The notes under the pieces: model-generated | Database searches by the model: none | Told to the model about the DNA's origin: nothing | The model's input: only the letters and a program-made list of their open reading frames with translations | Assembly (NCBI RefSeq): GCF_009914755.1 | Contig: NC_060927.1 | DNA length: 64,000 nt | Source of the DNA: the human T2T-CHM13v2.0 reference genome, Homo sapiens | Reading direction: 5' to 3' (one strand) | Position numbers and translations under genes: made by a program | Shown: one piece after another, positions 25,965 through 37,845 of the stretch | Position numbering within the stretch: the first letter of the stretch is position 1 | Layout of the letters: every line of letters begins with the position of its first letter

Positions 25965-28589
25965 ATCAGGGTCCACTTTTGATGCACTCAAATTATTACC
26001 TCTCCAATCCCCACCCCCTCACCGCCTCACATCCCCACATATACATAGTTGCTTATCTCCATCTAACAAAGCCAGCCTGCACTGTGCATGAGATAGTGAT
26101 CTATATGGAAGATTCCAGACTTGCCTTTATGGAGACAGCAAGACTGTTCTGATGACCACCTCCGTATTTATTTTTCCTCCAGGATGAAATTTACTCTAAC
26201 TTCCCAGTTGTCTGCCCTGTCATCCACTAATAGAAAAGATCTTGTGTTAATCCTACCTTTTCCGTCCAGGAAGGAAAAAAAGAGCTCATCCCAGCCTGTT
26301 GTGCAGCACCACCTGCCCGTTTGTCCATAGCCAAGCAATGATGGATCTGTGCTAGGGGGATGAATGGGAATTGTGTTTATTTTATGAGCTGCAGAAAGTT
26401 GTCTAGGGAACCCAGCAGGAGGCTTAACTGGAAAAAAATGATTTTATCTTATGCTGTGTATCTGCTGTCTAGAAAAATATATGGCATTATCCTGGCTTGA
26501 AATTGGGAAAGAAAATAAAGGAGGACGGACTTTTTTTTTTTTCCAAATACTGGATTTGAGGGATTAACTTCAGGTAGGTCTTTCTCTGTTTTTGGGGATG
26601 ACCTGCTCAAACCAAGGGCCCTCTGCTCAAACTGGGTGGTGGCAGGAAGGGAGTGTGAGCCACGCAGGGACAGGGGCCTGGCAGAGGGTCCCCAGGCCAG
26701 TGCTCAGTGACCTGGAGAGAGTCCCACACTATTTGCAACCTTTTGGATGAGGGGAGGGTGCAGCTGTCCTCAAGAATTGAGAGTTTTTCTCATGGCAATA
26801 TTATGATTTGTTTTCTCTTGGAAGTCACCACACTTACCTTCATGAGAATTTAGCTAAACAATTTAATATGGAACTGCTTTAGAGGATGTTATAAAGAAAA
26901 GCTCATTGTTGAAGTCTGTACTTTTAAATTTGATCGATTGATTGATCCATTGATTGGTCACAGTGTCTGAGTTGCTTTCTTGCTAAAGCAGTTCCCCTAA
27001 GTTTTACTTTGCACAAGGTCCAGATTGACTCAGGTTGTGAGAAGAGGGTTTTGGTGTGGACATTTGAAAAATATCTCACTTGCAATTCCTGGCTGGAAAA
27101 CTACTGGGAAGGGGGACATAGTGAGAAAAGGATCTTATTGATGAAAAGAAACAGCGCCAACAGAGTCAAGGCCAGATGGGATTTCGTTCTTAATGTAGTA
27201 ACTGTATGTCTTGTTTCTCACTCTCTTTACGCCATATGAGAGGCGACAGATACGGCAGAAAAATACAGAGGGCAATGGCAGTAGCGTGGGAACATTAGAA
27301 AGACAAGTAAAAATCGTGCCTTTAAGTTGCTCTTGCAGCCCAAGCAGTGGTCCTTGACCATGACGGAAGAGCTGAGGACCCCTGCTAACCCTGGTAGCAT
27401 CTTTATACAAATTAGAAAATGTCCCCTTTCCTCCAGGAGGTCAGGCAGGGTGAGAGAGGAAGGGCTGAATTTCAGCCTCTCTGCAGTCCCTTGGGAAAAT
27501 GCCCTTGTGCAGTAACAGCCTGTAGACCTGGGAGAGAAGCCCCCAGTGGCTGAGGAAAGACTCATGAACTTGAATGTCTTCCCTGGGATCAGTCTTCCTG
27601 GGAGTCCCAGCCCTCCTGGCTGGAACACAGCTCCAGGACTTCTGGGCAACCCAATTAGATGAGGGCAAATATCACAGCCACAGAATATCTTTTTATTTTT
27701 TTCTTCAGTAAGAAGCCCTTTCCCCTCAGAGGCCACTGTAATTAACCCAAGAGAGAATAAGCCATGCTTCCAGCCCAAGAAGCAGCTGCCATCAGGGTTT
27801 GACATATTTAAACTGAAAATCTGTTTTCGGGGCTCACCCAATGTATATGTCCCTCCATGTGAAAACCTTATAGTTGGTGTTTAAAAAGGAAAGAAAGAAA
27901 AGAAAAGCCACATTTGTAGTCCATCTGCCTTTATCCCCTTCCTCCTAGATCCACACCAAGTCTAACCATACAATATTCTATATGAGGGAGTTTCTCTGCT
28001 CATTAAGGAATTAGACAATGACAATCCTATTGCCTGTGCCAGGGTGGGCGCCGGTTGCAAGCTCCTTTGTCTAAATGCCACAAATTGTTACAGTTTTGCT
28101 CTGCACTTTGGGTGTTGGCGTCATCACCCTTTAATTGGCCAGAAGACTCTGCTGTAACATTCAAAAGGAATAACAACATTCTCAGTCCCTGTCCAGTTTT
28201 CAATATAATTATTTGTCAGAATCATATTAACCTGCTGTATGACAAACCCATAAAATAGATTCATTTAGGTCTCCAGGAGTCCTCCCTCATTAACTCTGAT
28301 ATTTATAGCCATGGCTTCAGTGCTACAGTTCTTCCTCCTGTGAAACACTGAGCAAGGATGTCAGATTTCTCTGGCGCTATTAGAGGAGTTGTTTGTTTTC
28401 CAGTGTTGCAAAGAGGAACAGAAGAAACCTAGCCATGGGTCCAGGCCCCTGCGAAACCTGATTGGCTCTTCTGCCCATTCCTCTCTTTTTAGGGAAGGGG
28501 AAGAGAGCTAAAACTAGACGCTTGCACACAAATCCTACACATTTAATAACTTGCCCAAGGTAATGAGGTAGAACTAATTAGACTGAGTT

Positions 28590-28830
28590 ATTCAGAAAGC
28601 TGGTTCTGAAATGTGACTTCCTGGGATCAAAGTCTGGCTTTACCACTTCCTAGCTTGGGTAAATTGCTATATTTCCTTTGACTTTGGCTTCCTGATTTTA
28701 AGAGAAGGGTAATAATAGTTCCTAACTCATGGGGTTTTTGTGGGGGGTTCAATAAATTAATGTTAAGTTATTAGAATAATCTGTGGCACATAATAAGTGA
28801 AAAATAAGTGTAACTTAAAAGTGTGACTAT
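28590..28830 (+). mobile_element. MIR
   Basis: 'ggtaataatagttcctaactcatgggg', 'tggcacataataag'. Confidence 0.75.
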
Positions 28831-30589
28831 AATTAATAACATTACCGTGAGCCACAGCTAAGCCAAGTTTTCACCTGCAGGTGTATGCCCTAGGCCAGTT
28901 GGCTTCACATTGTGTTTTAGGGATCCCTGGGATTGGGTGGAGATGGCTCAGGCTCCCCAGAGATAGAGGTCTCTTAGCTGTGGACAGCCTGGTGGGTAAA
29001 ACTCATCAGAAAAGACACCCCCATCCTCCAGCCAGAGCCTTGGCATTTTTATCCATTCAATGTATTGGAATTCTAGATAAGTTCTCATTTAAAGAATGGG
29101 TTCTAAGCTCACAACAAATGGAAAACTGTGGCTCCAGATATTTGTGACCTGTGCAAGTTCCCCAGCTCATTTTAGTGGCCCTGTGAGCACCTGTCCCTGC
29201 TGCTTGCCAGGAGTTCCTCATGGAACTGTGACCATGAGGCCCAGGGAAGTTTCTCTTACTTCTAAATCTTGGGGACTCGCATGGCTACAACTTTGATTTC
29301 CTGGCATTGCCAAAGGCTAAGCGTGCTTCTAAGGGGTGTAAATGGCTGTGTTGGAAATGTTGTCCAGGACAACCATGAAAACATGAGCTTTGTTCCATCA
29401 GGATTGACAAAGATGGGCTATTAATAATGACAGGGTCTGATTTCATCGAGGTATTTCTCATGCTGCATTCTTCATGGCTGAGCTTGTTCCAGAAATCCAG
29501 GGACCATTGTGTTCTCAGATAGTCCACCTGTCTCCCGGAAACCAAGCGTAAGGCATTTGCAATCAGCTCACATTCCTGGCGAGGGCCTTGTTTGACTCCC
29601 ACAAAGCCCTTCAGGATTGATTCATTAATTCTGAACAATAATGAGAATGCAATGAAGCTCTGTCCACCGATACCAAACAATCTAAGTAAAACACCAATTT
29701 CTTCCTGTCATTCATTTCCTCAGAATTTTAGTTTCTCCTCCATACATGTGTTGGATAAAGCCCAAAACTTCAGCCTGGCTTTCAGGCTGACCTAATCAAC
29801 ATTCTTTCTCCCTGCTCCCCCAAAACAAACTTTCTGATAAAGCAAATTGGTTTCATCCCCACCATCCAAATCATCTTTTCTCCATCCTCTCCATCTTTCC
29901 AGAACAGATTCATTTTCTTAAAACCCATCCCTGGCCCCTTTTTGTTTCTGAGACTCCCTTGACTATTGAAAACAAAATAATTAGTTCCGTCTTTGATCTA
30001 CAACTGTGCATCCTATCTGCTTTGCTTATTTGGGCCCTTATTCTGTGATGCCAATTGCAGGAGTAAACGGATGATGAACTGGACCAAGGGTCTGACAGGG
30101 TCTGATTTCATTGAGGTATTTCAAGGAAGATTGGTTGCAGTTACCAAGACAGGATCCCAAAGAGTGGCAGCTGACCAGGGGACATGGAAGGAGGCTAACC
30201 CAATAATCCAGACACCAAAATGTAAATCAGAATGCTCATTATGAAGAGACACAGACCATTCATATCAGCAGAGTGCCGGGTCCCCTGTCCAGGCTCCTTT
30301 CTCCTTGCATCAAAATGTCAGGGAAGCTTAATTGGTCATTAGGAGGTTGAGTAGATGTTTTTAACAAAGAAGGCAAATAGTCCTGTAAACTATGATATGG
30401 GTTACAGTGAGAGCTGGTTACATACTTCTGCTCCCTAGCAGCCATGAAGACCCTAATGACCAAATGCTCCAGTCTCCCAAATTCAGTGTCTCTCTCCAGT
30501 GAATAGTGTCATACCAACAATAAAAGTATCTGCCTCTCTGTTTTGACATTTTTCTAAGCCCCCAAGACTTTTTCCCTCCTGTGACTCAT

Positions 30590-30680
30590 TAATTTTATTC
30601 TTTTATTCAAGAAATATTTGTTGAACATCACCTACTATGTGCCAAGTGCTGGGAATACAAAGGTGAACAATACCCTAGAT
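30590..30680 (-). mobile_element. L2 3' end
   Basis: 'ttcaagaaatatttgttgaacatcacctactatgtgccaag'. Confidence 0.75.
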
Positions 30681-30799
30681 GCTTTCATGCCACTGGTTTT
30701 ACTATGGCTGAGTTTTGCTGTAGATTTAAAAGCCATTCTTTCTTTCTAAGGTGATTTTGGTGTATCTGATCTGATCCATTTAGGCTTCAATATTGATAT

Positions 30800-30955
30800 C
30801 CAGCATAGCACTATTACCTAACTTTCCTGAGTGAAAATCTTATTGCTTCAACAATATTTTAAGCTCCTAGAAGGCAGAGAACAACACTCTTTCTCATGGA
30901 TCCCTTGTGGTATCTAGGATAACGATGGGTACATAATAGCAGCTAAATATGTGTC
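30800..30955 (+). mobile_element. L2 3' end
   Basis: 'taagctcctagaaggcagaga', 'ggtacataatagcagctaaata'. Confidence 0.6.
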
Positions 30956-31024
30956 TCTTTATAAGAGACATCATGTTTCTTACTAGCCATAAAAAAGGGA
31001 GGCAGTCTTATATGATTTTATTTT

Positions 31025-31394
31025 AGATTCCCAAACCAGTGGTACATAGGTTAAATCCAGCCAGCAGATATGTTGTATTTGGTCTACACAGTGTTTTTGT
31101 AATTGAGCCAACATTTTAAACAGTTAGATTTCATATACACACATGTGAGTGTGTGCACATGCAAGAATTCCAAGCTTCTCTGGATTTTCAGCTTTCCTTA
31201 AGAAACTGGAAGACCTGCAACCCTTGGCCTTATACCTGATAAGCAAAAATGCTGGCATGAAACTATGCCTGACCACTTCAGGGAGCAAGCCTTCCCAGTA
31301 TGTTGCAGTCCCTGTCACTCCGTGTCTCATCACACTTAGCCTGCCTCACTTACATAACAGCCTCATCCTGAGGCACTTGAATCTGTGACCTCTG
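31025..31394. mobile_element. MER102-like hAT element
   Basis: 'aaatccagccagcagatatgttgtatttggtctacacagtgtttt', 'gccaacatttt', 'ggaagacctgcaac', end 'gtgacctctg'. Confidence 0.65.
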
Positions 31395-32229
31395 TTGTAC
31401 ACAAAGCCAGGGATATAGGGAAAGGGGAGAGGAAATATCCTCCTCAACACACTGCAAAAGAACAACTCTGCACTGCTGCTGTGTTTCCTGGCACACTGGA
31501 GGTGAGGACAGGCTCGCAAGCTGTGCAGTGCACCTTGGCCAGGGGCGATGCTTACAGTGAGCCTTCTCTGGAATGTTGGTTATTCCTGCCGGGCAACATA
31601 CTGGGGCTCCAAATGGCCTGTCTCCTCTTATCCAAATGATTCCAACCTGCTTCCCAGGCCTTTGGCCAACTTCCCCGAACCCTGTCTCAGCAGCTTCTGG
31701 CTCATTGCTCGCTGACACGGCCACCTCTGCTCCTGCCAAGGAAATCTGCTGGCCTTTGCTTCCCCTCCCCACCTCCATCTCACTCAGTTCCTCCTCAGGC
31801 CACAGGCATGCCTGAGTGGCAAATGGCAGCAAAGAGGAAGGTGAAAAAGGCAGGAAGAACGGGAGGAAGGGAGCCCGAGAGAAAACATTCAGAGGAGGGA
31901 GTTTATGTACATTATCCAAATGGATGTCAGGTCCCTGTCGACAAAGTTTTTAATTGTGTGTGGGTATGTCTGTGTGTTGTGTGGGTATGTAGGGTGTGTG
32001 TGGTAGTTTATGGGGAGAGGGAATAAAAGGAATAGTACAAATATATTCACAACTATTATTCAAACTAGGGGGAAAAAGCTATAAAGATAATGAGCTTGTG
32101 ACACAGGAGGCAAACATCATATACAGGTGGAGCTGTTTCCCTGTCAAGACACCAAATATATATATGTGTGTGTGCATGCCTGTTTATGTAGAAATACACA
32201 CACACGTATGCATTTCTTTTTTAGATTAT

Positions 32230-32840
32230 AGGTTATTTGCTTATTATAGAAACTTGAGAAACAGAATATTTAAAAAAGTAAACATAATGGAATAAAAATC
32301 AGAGACCCTTATCACTCAGAGATATAATTTTTAATCTATTTCCCATTTCTATGTATACTGCATATTATTTTATATGGCTGAGAATTTATATTGAATATTA
32401 AATGTTGCTAGCTTGCTTTTTTCCTTTTAAAATATCAGACCTCAATGATATTAAAAAAACTATAACCATCATTTTAATAGTTCCATTACATCCATAATGT
32501 GGATTTTCATAATTTACTTAATCTCCAATGTTTAAGCATTTAGATTGATAGCACTTTTCGACTTTTATAAGTATCATGCTAGTGAACTATGATCAAGTCA
32601 CTGCACTCCAGCCTGGGTGAAGGAGTGAGACCCTGTCTTTTAAAAAAAGGAAAATAACACACTAATAATAAACATCTTTAGGCATCGATCTTTGCATTTA
32701 GCATTCTTTCTTTCGGATAAGTTTCTAAAAATGGAATTACTGGACAAAGAGTAAAAGTGACTTTAAATTCATGGGGTATGTATTGGTAAATTGCTTTCCT
32801 AAAGGTGATACTACTTTATCTTCCCAACATCCTTATATAA
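32230..32840 (-). mobile_element. Old L1M fragments with a ~70-bp Alu 3' stub at 32580-32650
   Basis: 'ttctaaaaatggaattactgg', 'aaattgctttcctaaagg'; Alu 'cactgcactccagcctgggtga...gtgagaccctgtct'. Confidence 0.65.
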
Positions 32841-34069
32841 AGGTGGACACTAGAAGGATTGCTGAAATTTTCTAGTGGACACACCTAGCTAAGACATCTA
32901 ACCATCTACAAGAAGGGGTTATTTTATCATATAATTTATACATGACAACAGAATATGTCATTTAAGAATAATCAAAGTCACTAGCTGGAGTTTGCCTATT
33001 CCACACCTGCAAATCAGTCTTTCTAAGAGATATATAAGAAACTCCTGGGTTTGTTCTCAGATACAGCTCTAGGGTCTTCACTACTCCCTAATTCCATCTT
33101 TGGTCCCAGCACAAACCCATAGCATGTCACACAATTGCTTGTGGAAGAAGTAGCACCGTCTCTGCCACTGCCAAAGATGGCTGCCTTCCTACCATCCTAG
33201 TGGCCAGAGCGGGAAGTCCGTCACTGCCACAGAAGTGCCTTGCAGAGCCTGTGGGGCCCCATTTTATTTCTACTGCCAGTTTCATTACCAAGTCTCTCCC
33301 AGTCTTCTTCCAATGTGTGATCATTGTTTCCCCTCCTTTCCATACCAAACATCTCTCTCTGAAATGGAAGAGAAGAAATATCCCTTCAAGTTTACCATAA
33401 GTAAAGCAGTGCTGTCTTGTGCCTTCAGATTTTTTGTATGTTTATTACTGCTGTTATTATATTTTGCTCTGTATCATATAGCCCTTTCTCCTTATAACTT
33501 ATGGAACTGGTCCAAATGAGGCTGACTTGGTAGCCAATCTGGCATCCGCTATTGAACCTGCATACCTAAGGAAGTTACTGCTTAACTCAACTCTACTGCT
33601 CCTGCCTGGAGGGAACACTGCCCATCCCGTACACTGCCGGAGGCTGGGTGAGGGGAGGGTGTTTAGAGGTAAACTTTGTTTTCCTCTGGCTTAGGCATTT
33701 TAGAGCCAGGGTTCAGTGGTCATCCTCAAAATGCCCAGTCAATTTTCCATGCCGCGAGGCCCCTTGGTATCCGAATGATGGCTTGAAGTTTGCCCACAAG
33801 CCTAGTAGACATCCCTGAAGTTTCAACTTGTATAGACCGTAAGCCCTTCCTGGAGACTCAGTTATGGACCATTCAATATAAAATATGCAGTGTGGTTTTG
33901 ATGTTTAAACCCAATCCCTTCCTCGTAAGAAATAGTAAAACATCTCTTTTCCTATCTTTTCTTAGGGATTGTCATCCTGATTCTCTATCTTTTGCTAATC
34001 CTTTTGTATTTTCATTCAGTTTGTTTCAAATTGGTCATTTCCATTGGTCAATTCCAGGAATTTATATTA

Positions 34070-34257
34070 TATATAAAATAAATATGTTTATATATATATA
34101 TTTTTTACATTCACCATTTTACTATAAAGGATGCTACAAAGATACACATGAAGAGATGCATAGGGCGAGGTACAGGGGAGGGGTATGGAGCTTCCATGCC
34201 TTCCCTGGGTCCACCACCTGCCAGGAACCTCCACATATTCAGCTATCCAGAAGCTCT
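34070..34257 (-). mobile_element. Isolated MER21 U3/R fragment with A-rich tail and TSD (probable L1-mediated retrocopy)
   Basis: Homologous to ~11400-11550; flanked by aggaatttatatta (34056-34069) and aggaatttttatatta (34258-34273). Confidence 0.75.
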
Positions 34258-34871
34258 AGGAATTTTTATATTAATTGCAAAAAGTTCTCAGTCTCTCTGT
34301 CTCTGAGCTTCAGCTATCTGAATTTGGCAACATGTGAAAGGTTTTGATACCTCCTCCTTCACTGGCCAGAAGAGAGCAACTTGAAGGCCGAATACAGTCT
34401 GAAAAGAATTCCCTATTGTTTAAAAATCATGGCCCTATGATGAACTCTAAGTCATAACATCGATCATTTCTCTAGGATGCAGCTCCCTAAAGATTTTACT
34501 GTCTAACTGAGCGAATTGTCAGGGAGATGTTCCCTACACCCCAGTCTTAGAAATTCTGGGTCTGGAGTGATGACAATTCAGCTGATAACACAAATTGCTG
34601 TGATGTCCCTTTTGGGTTTTCAGTTTTCTATTTTTTTTTTTAAAGCCGATCCATGAAGGTAACCCATGTAGGTCTCTTTCTTGTTAACTTAAAGACCCTA
34701 CCTAATAGACTTGAGGATTAAATTAAGTTTATCTGTTTTTAATTTTTTCCTCATGTTATAATTCAGATCTATTACAAGAAATTTTAAAAAATCAGTTAGC
34801 AAAAAATAAAATCAATAAAAAATTGCCTGCAATTTACCAAGATAATTTTTTGCATATATTCTGCCAGACAT

Positions 34872-34977
34872 TACATATATATGTGTGTATATATGTATAT
34901 ATGTATATATATGTGTATATATGTGTATATATGTGTATATATGTGTATATATATGTGTGTGTATATATATATATATA
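34872..34977. repeat. (TA)/(TATGTG) compound microsatellite
   Basis: Direct reading. Confidence 0.92.
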
Positions 34978-35619
34978 TTTAAATGAAAATAGGATCCTAC
35001 AGTTTGGTAATCCTTTTTCTTTTGTGTAAAGAATAATGTCTGCTTTGGATTAACATTAAACTTGAAAGTGACAATTCTTCAATTTTCCCCATAGTGAATA
35101 GATTTTTCTGAAAGTCAGGTAAGAACAAACCAAAAATAAATGCAATAGCTTATAGCATCTCTAGGTTGTGTGCATGTTGCACTTCTTCTCCTCCTCATTT
35201 TTATAGTACTGGTAAATGTAGAGATGAGATGACAGGGAAGAAAGGAAAGTATACCCTGTCAGGTCATCATGCTACCTCTACCTCTCTCTACACTGGGTCT
35301 TGGCTTATTTATTTTTGACCAACAAAGGAGCCTCCTCTGGGTAGCATGACAGGCCTTTTGTAGCTTTGGGATCTTAGGCAGGCACCAGTTAATCATCACA
35401 TAATAACAGGAAGTGGGTCCTACGGCTGCCTCATGTCGGGCTGTCTCGTTTTCACTCAACTGGGTGTGGTTACGACATGGAAGTGATGACCAGAAGCTCC
35501 CACCAGAGTGAGGGGTCCACCCTCTTGATCCCCTGACACAAATACTTCACCCACTTTCTCTGTATGTTGGAGTCCAAGGCTTGACATACCCTTTTTATTA
35601 AATATTTCAGTTATTTTAC

Positions 35620-36196
35620 TGAGTGTTCTCTACCATCATTTTAGGTGGTTTATAGAGGTGAACTTGCTACAACTTCCTACTTCATAATCATCACAATCCA
35701 TATTAAAAAATATTTCCGCAGCTGTATTGCATGAGACACAGCTTACACATACTTTAAACACTAATATTTTTGGGTAGTTTAAATTGTGACACTCAGACAA
35801 ATATAAAATGAATAAATGTTATTCATTTATTCATTTTATATTTATATTTATAAATAAGGTTTTATTTATTTGACTCTAGCTAATGAGGAAGCAGTAAGAT
35901 GTTACAGCTGGTTCCAAGAAGAAGCACATATATATGCAGGAATGCTGAAATGAATAGGTGAAAAACTGATGAATATCCTCAGAGCAATAATCAACTGCAT
36001 TTCAGCAGACACAATTCACTGCTTTCCTTTCTATGGATGAGAATATTTTGCATGATCAGTTTTCCATAACTTACAGAGTTGTAAAATAGCTCAGAGACAA
36101 TGAAAGTTAGACATGACCCCTAGACAAGACACTCAGTGATCCTTTTTACCCATTTAAAAATCTTTCATATTTCTAATTGGAGTTTGTGCGCCCCTG
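35620..36196. mobile_element. Probable hAT-Tip100-like DNA transposon fragment
   Basis: AT-rich body ending in a hAT-like terminus 'gtgcgcccctg'; family uncertain. Confidence 0.4.
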
Positions 36197-37719
36197 CCTT
36201 TGCTGCAAGATTCTTTTCAGTGTAGCTATTTGCCATTAAGCAAAGTGGACGCAAGCAAGGGAGTAAATAGTACCCAATGGAGAAGCTGCTCTCATGCAAA
36301 AGTTTATGGCCACACCCTCTTGATCACCAACTGGTCCCTAAGAGATTGGGAAGAAAAAACAGTAAGAGGCTGGCTTGCTTAAGTGAATTCCCTTAATGCC
36401 AGTGAAGTATCTGAGCAACCAATGGGATTCCAGATAACACAGGGAATAGAAGCCTAACTTGTCCCGTCAGATCATCCTGTTCCAAGAACCTCATTTTCAT
36501 CAGGGTCAGAATCACTTTCGATGGAGTGAAGCTGTGAGGTCAGGTTGCCCTATTAGACTGAGCCAGAGGGTGACTACAGAGTGAAATCAACCAAATTCAC
36601 ACATTTTTTAAAATACACATTTTCTTACAACCAAAACAATTTAAATGTTTAAATCATTCCCATCAGCATCAGCTTCACTGGGATTGTTATTAATACATCT
36701 TCCAATTCTACTACTGCCATTAAAATAACCTTCAAACAGGCCTGCCAATGCTCAGCTTAAATCATCTTTAAAAACGTATGTTTATAGAACTACCCAGAGT
36801 AATGTGTGGTCTCTGGAAACCATCAAGGGGAAGCGTTATGAAATTTTCTATTGTAAGCAGCAGACCAGCTCTCCAAGGGATTTCCCAGACTGCCCGATAA
36901 AATCAGGCCTCCTGGACAGGAGGTGAAGTCCTCACAAAGTACAATAGATACTTGTTTTGGCAACAATCCAGATACTCACCATTAATAGCTTCTTCTAAGT
37001 CAGTTTGATTATAGCTTGATTGGGAGAAAACACCCTCCCTGTCTACTTTGCCTACATGAAAGGCATGAAAGAGGTGGGGCAGAGGAGAGGCCTTCTATCA
37101 TTCTCTAAGACCTAGAAATCTACTTTCACCGGAAGGCACAGACTTCACAGAAGAATTGAGCAAGAGCCAGCGTGGAAATATTGGACAGCTTCCCGGCAAC
37201 TCTTGAGTCAGGTCATTATTGTGCAGTTTCATCACTTTGTTTGAAGGGAATTCCCAGGACTTCAGGCGTATTCAGGTTCATATGTTATGCAGAAATGCAT
37301 TCCAAAATCAAAAATACGGTTACTGTGATTTCTACCCCTATACTTCCTGCTATTCACTAATATAATTATGCATGTTTTATAATTAGAGTATGTTAGGATA
37401 CACATTTGCATCTTGTATGTGGTTGGGAATACATTCTCAAATCTATTTGTGGGCCCAATAAGCCATGTGACCATGGCAAGTTTCCTCATGGCTCTGTATG
37501 TCAATGTACTCATCTGTGAGCTAGAGGCAGGGGTACCAGATGGTCTTTCAACTCCCTTTGACTCTACACATACATTTCCATCTACAAACTAAGTCTGAAT
37601 TCCTTTAGAAAAGGTGTCAAGAGATTTGTGCCTGGCCAAGACCTTGGAGGATGATGGTGTTGCACTTCGTCTAGTTATTCAGGTAAAAGTAATGACTACT
37701 TATATATCTTTTTAGGGTC

Positions 37720-37845
37720 CCTCTGCTAGGGTTAAGCTTCATGAAGCAGACATGACATCTTTCTTGCTCAGCACTGTCTCCCCAGTGCCTAACACAGTGC
37801 CTGGCACATGCAAAGCCCTTGGTAATTATATGTTGAATGAATGAA
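37720..37845 (+). mobile_element. L2 3' end
   Basis: 'ccccagtgcctaacacagtgcctggcaca...gttgaatgaatgaa'. Confidence 0.85.

Noticed and set aside
27227-27841. 204-aa minus-strand ORF
   Set aside because: Non-ATG start, no recognisable domain, composition typical of random open frames
31350-31919. 189-aa minus-strand ORF
   Set aside because: No recognisable homology; low-complexity stretches; overlaps a MER102 end
32843-32882. gtggacac direct repeat overlapping an 8-bp inverted repeat
   Set aside because: Too short to distinguish from chance
33790-34347. 185-aa ORF
   Set aside because: Runs through a TA tract and a MER21 fragment
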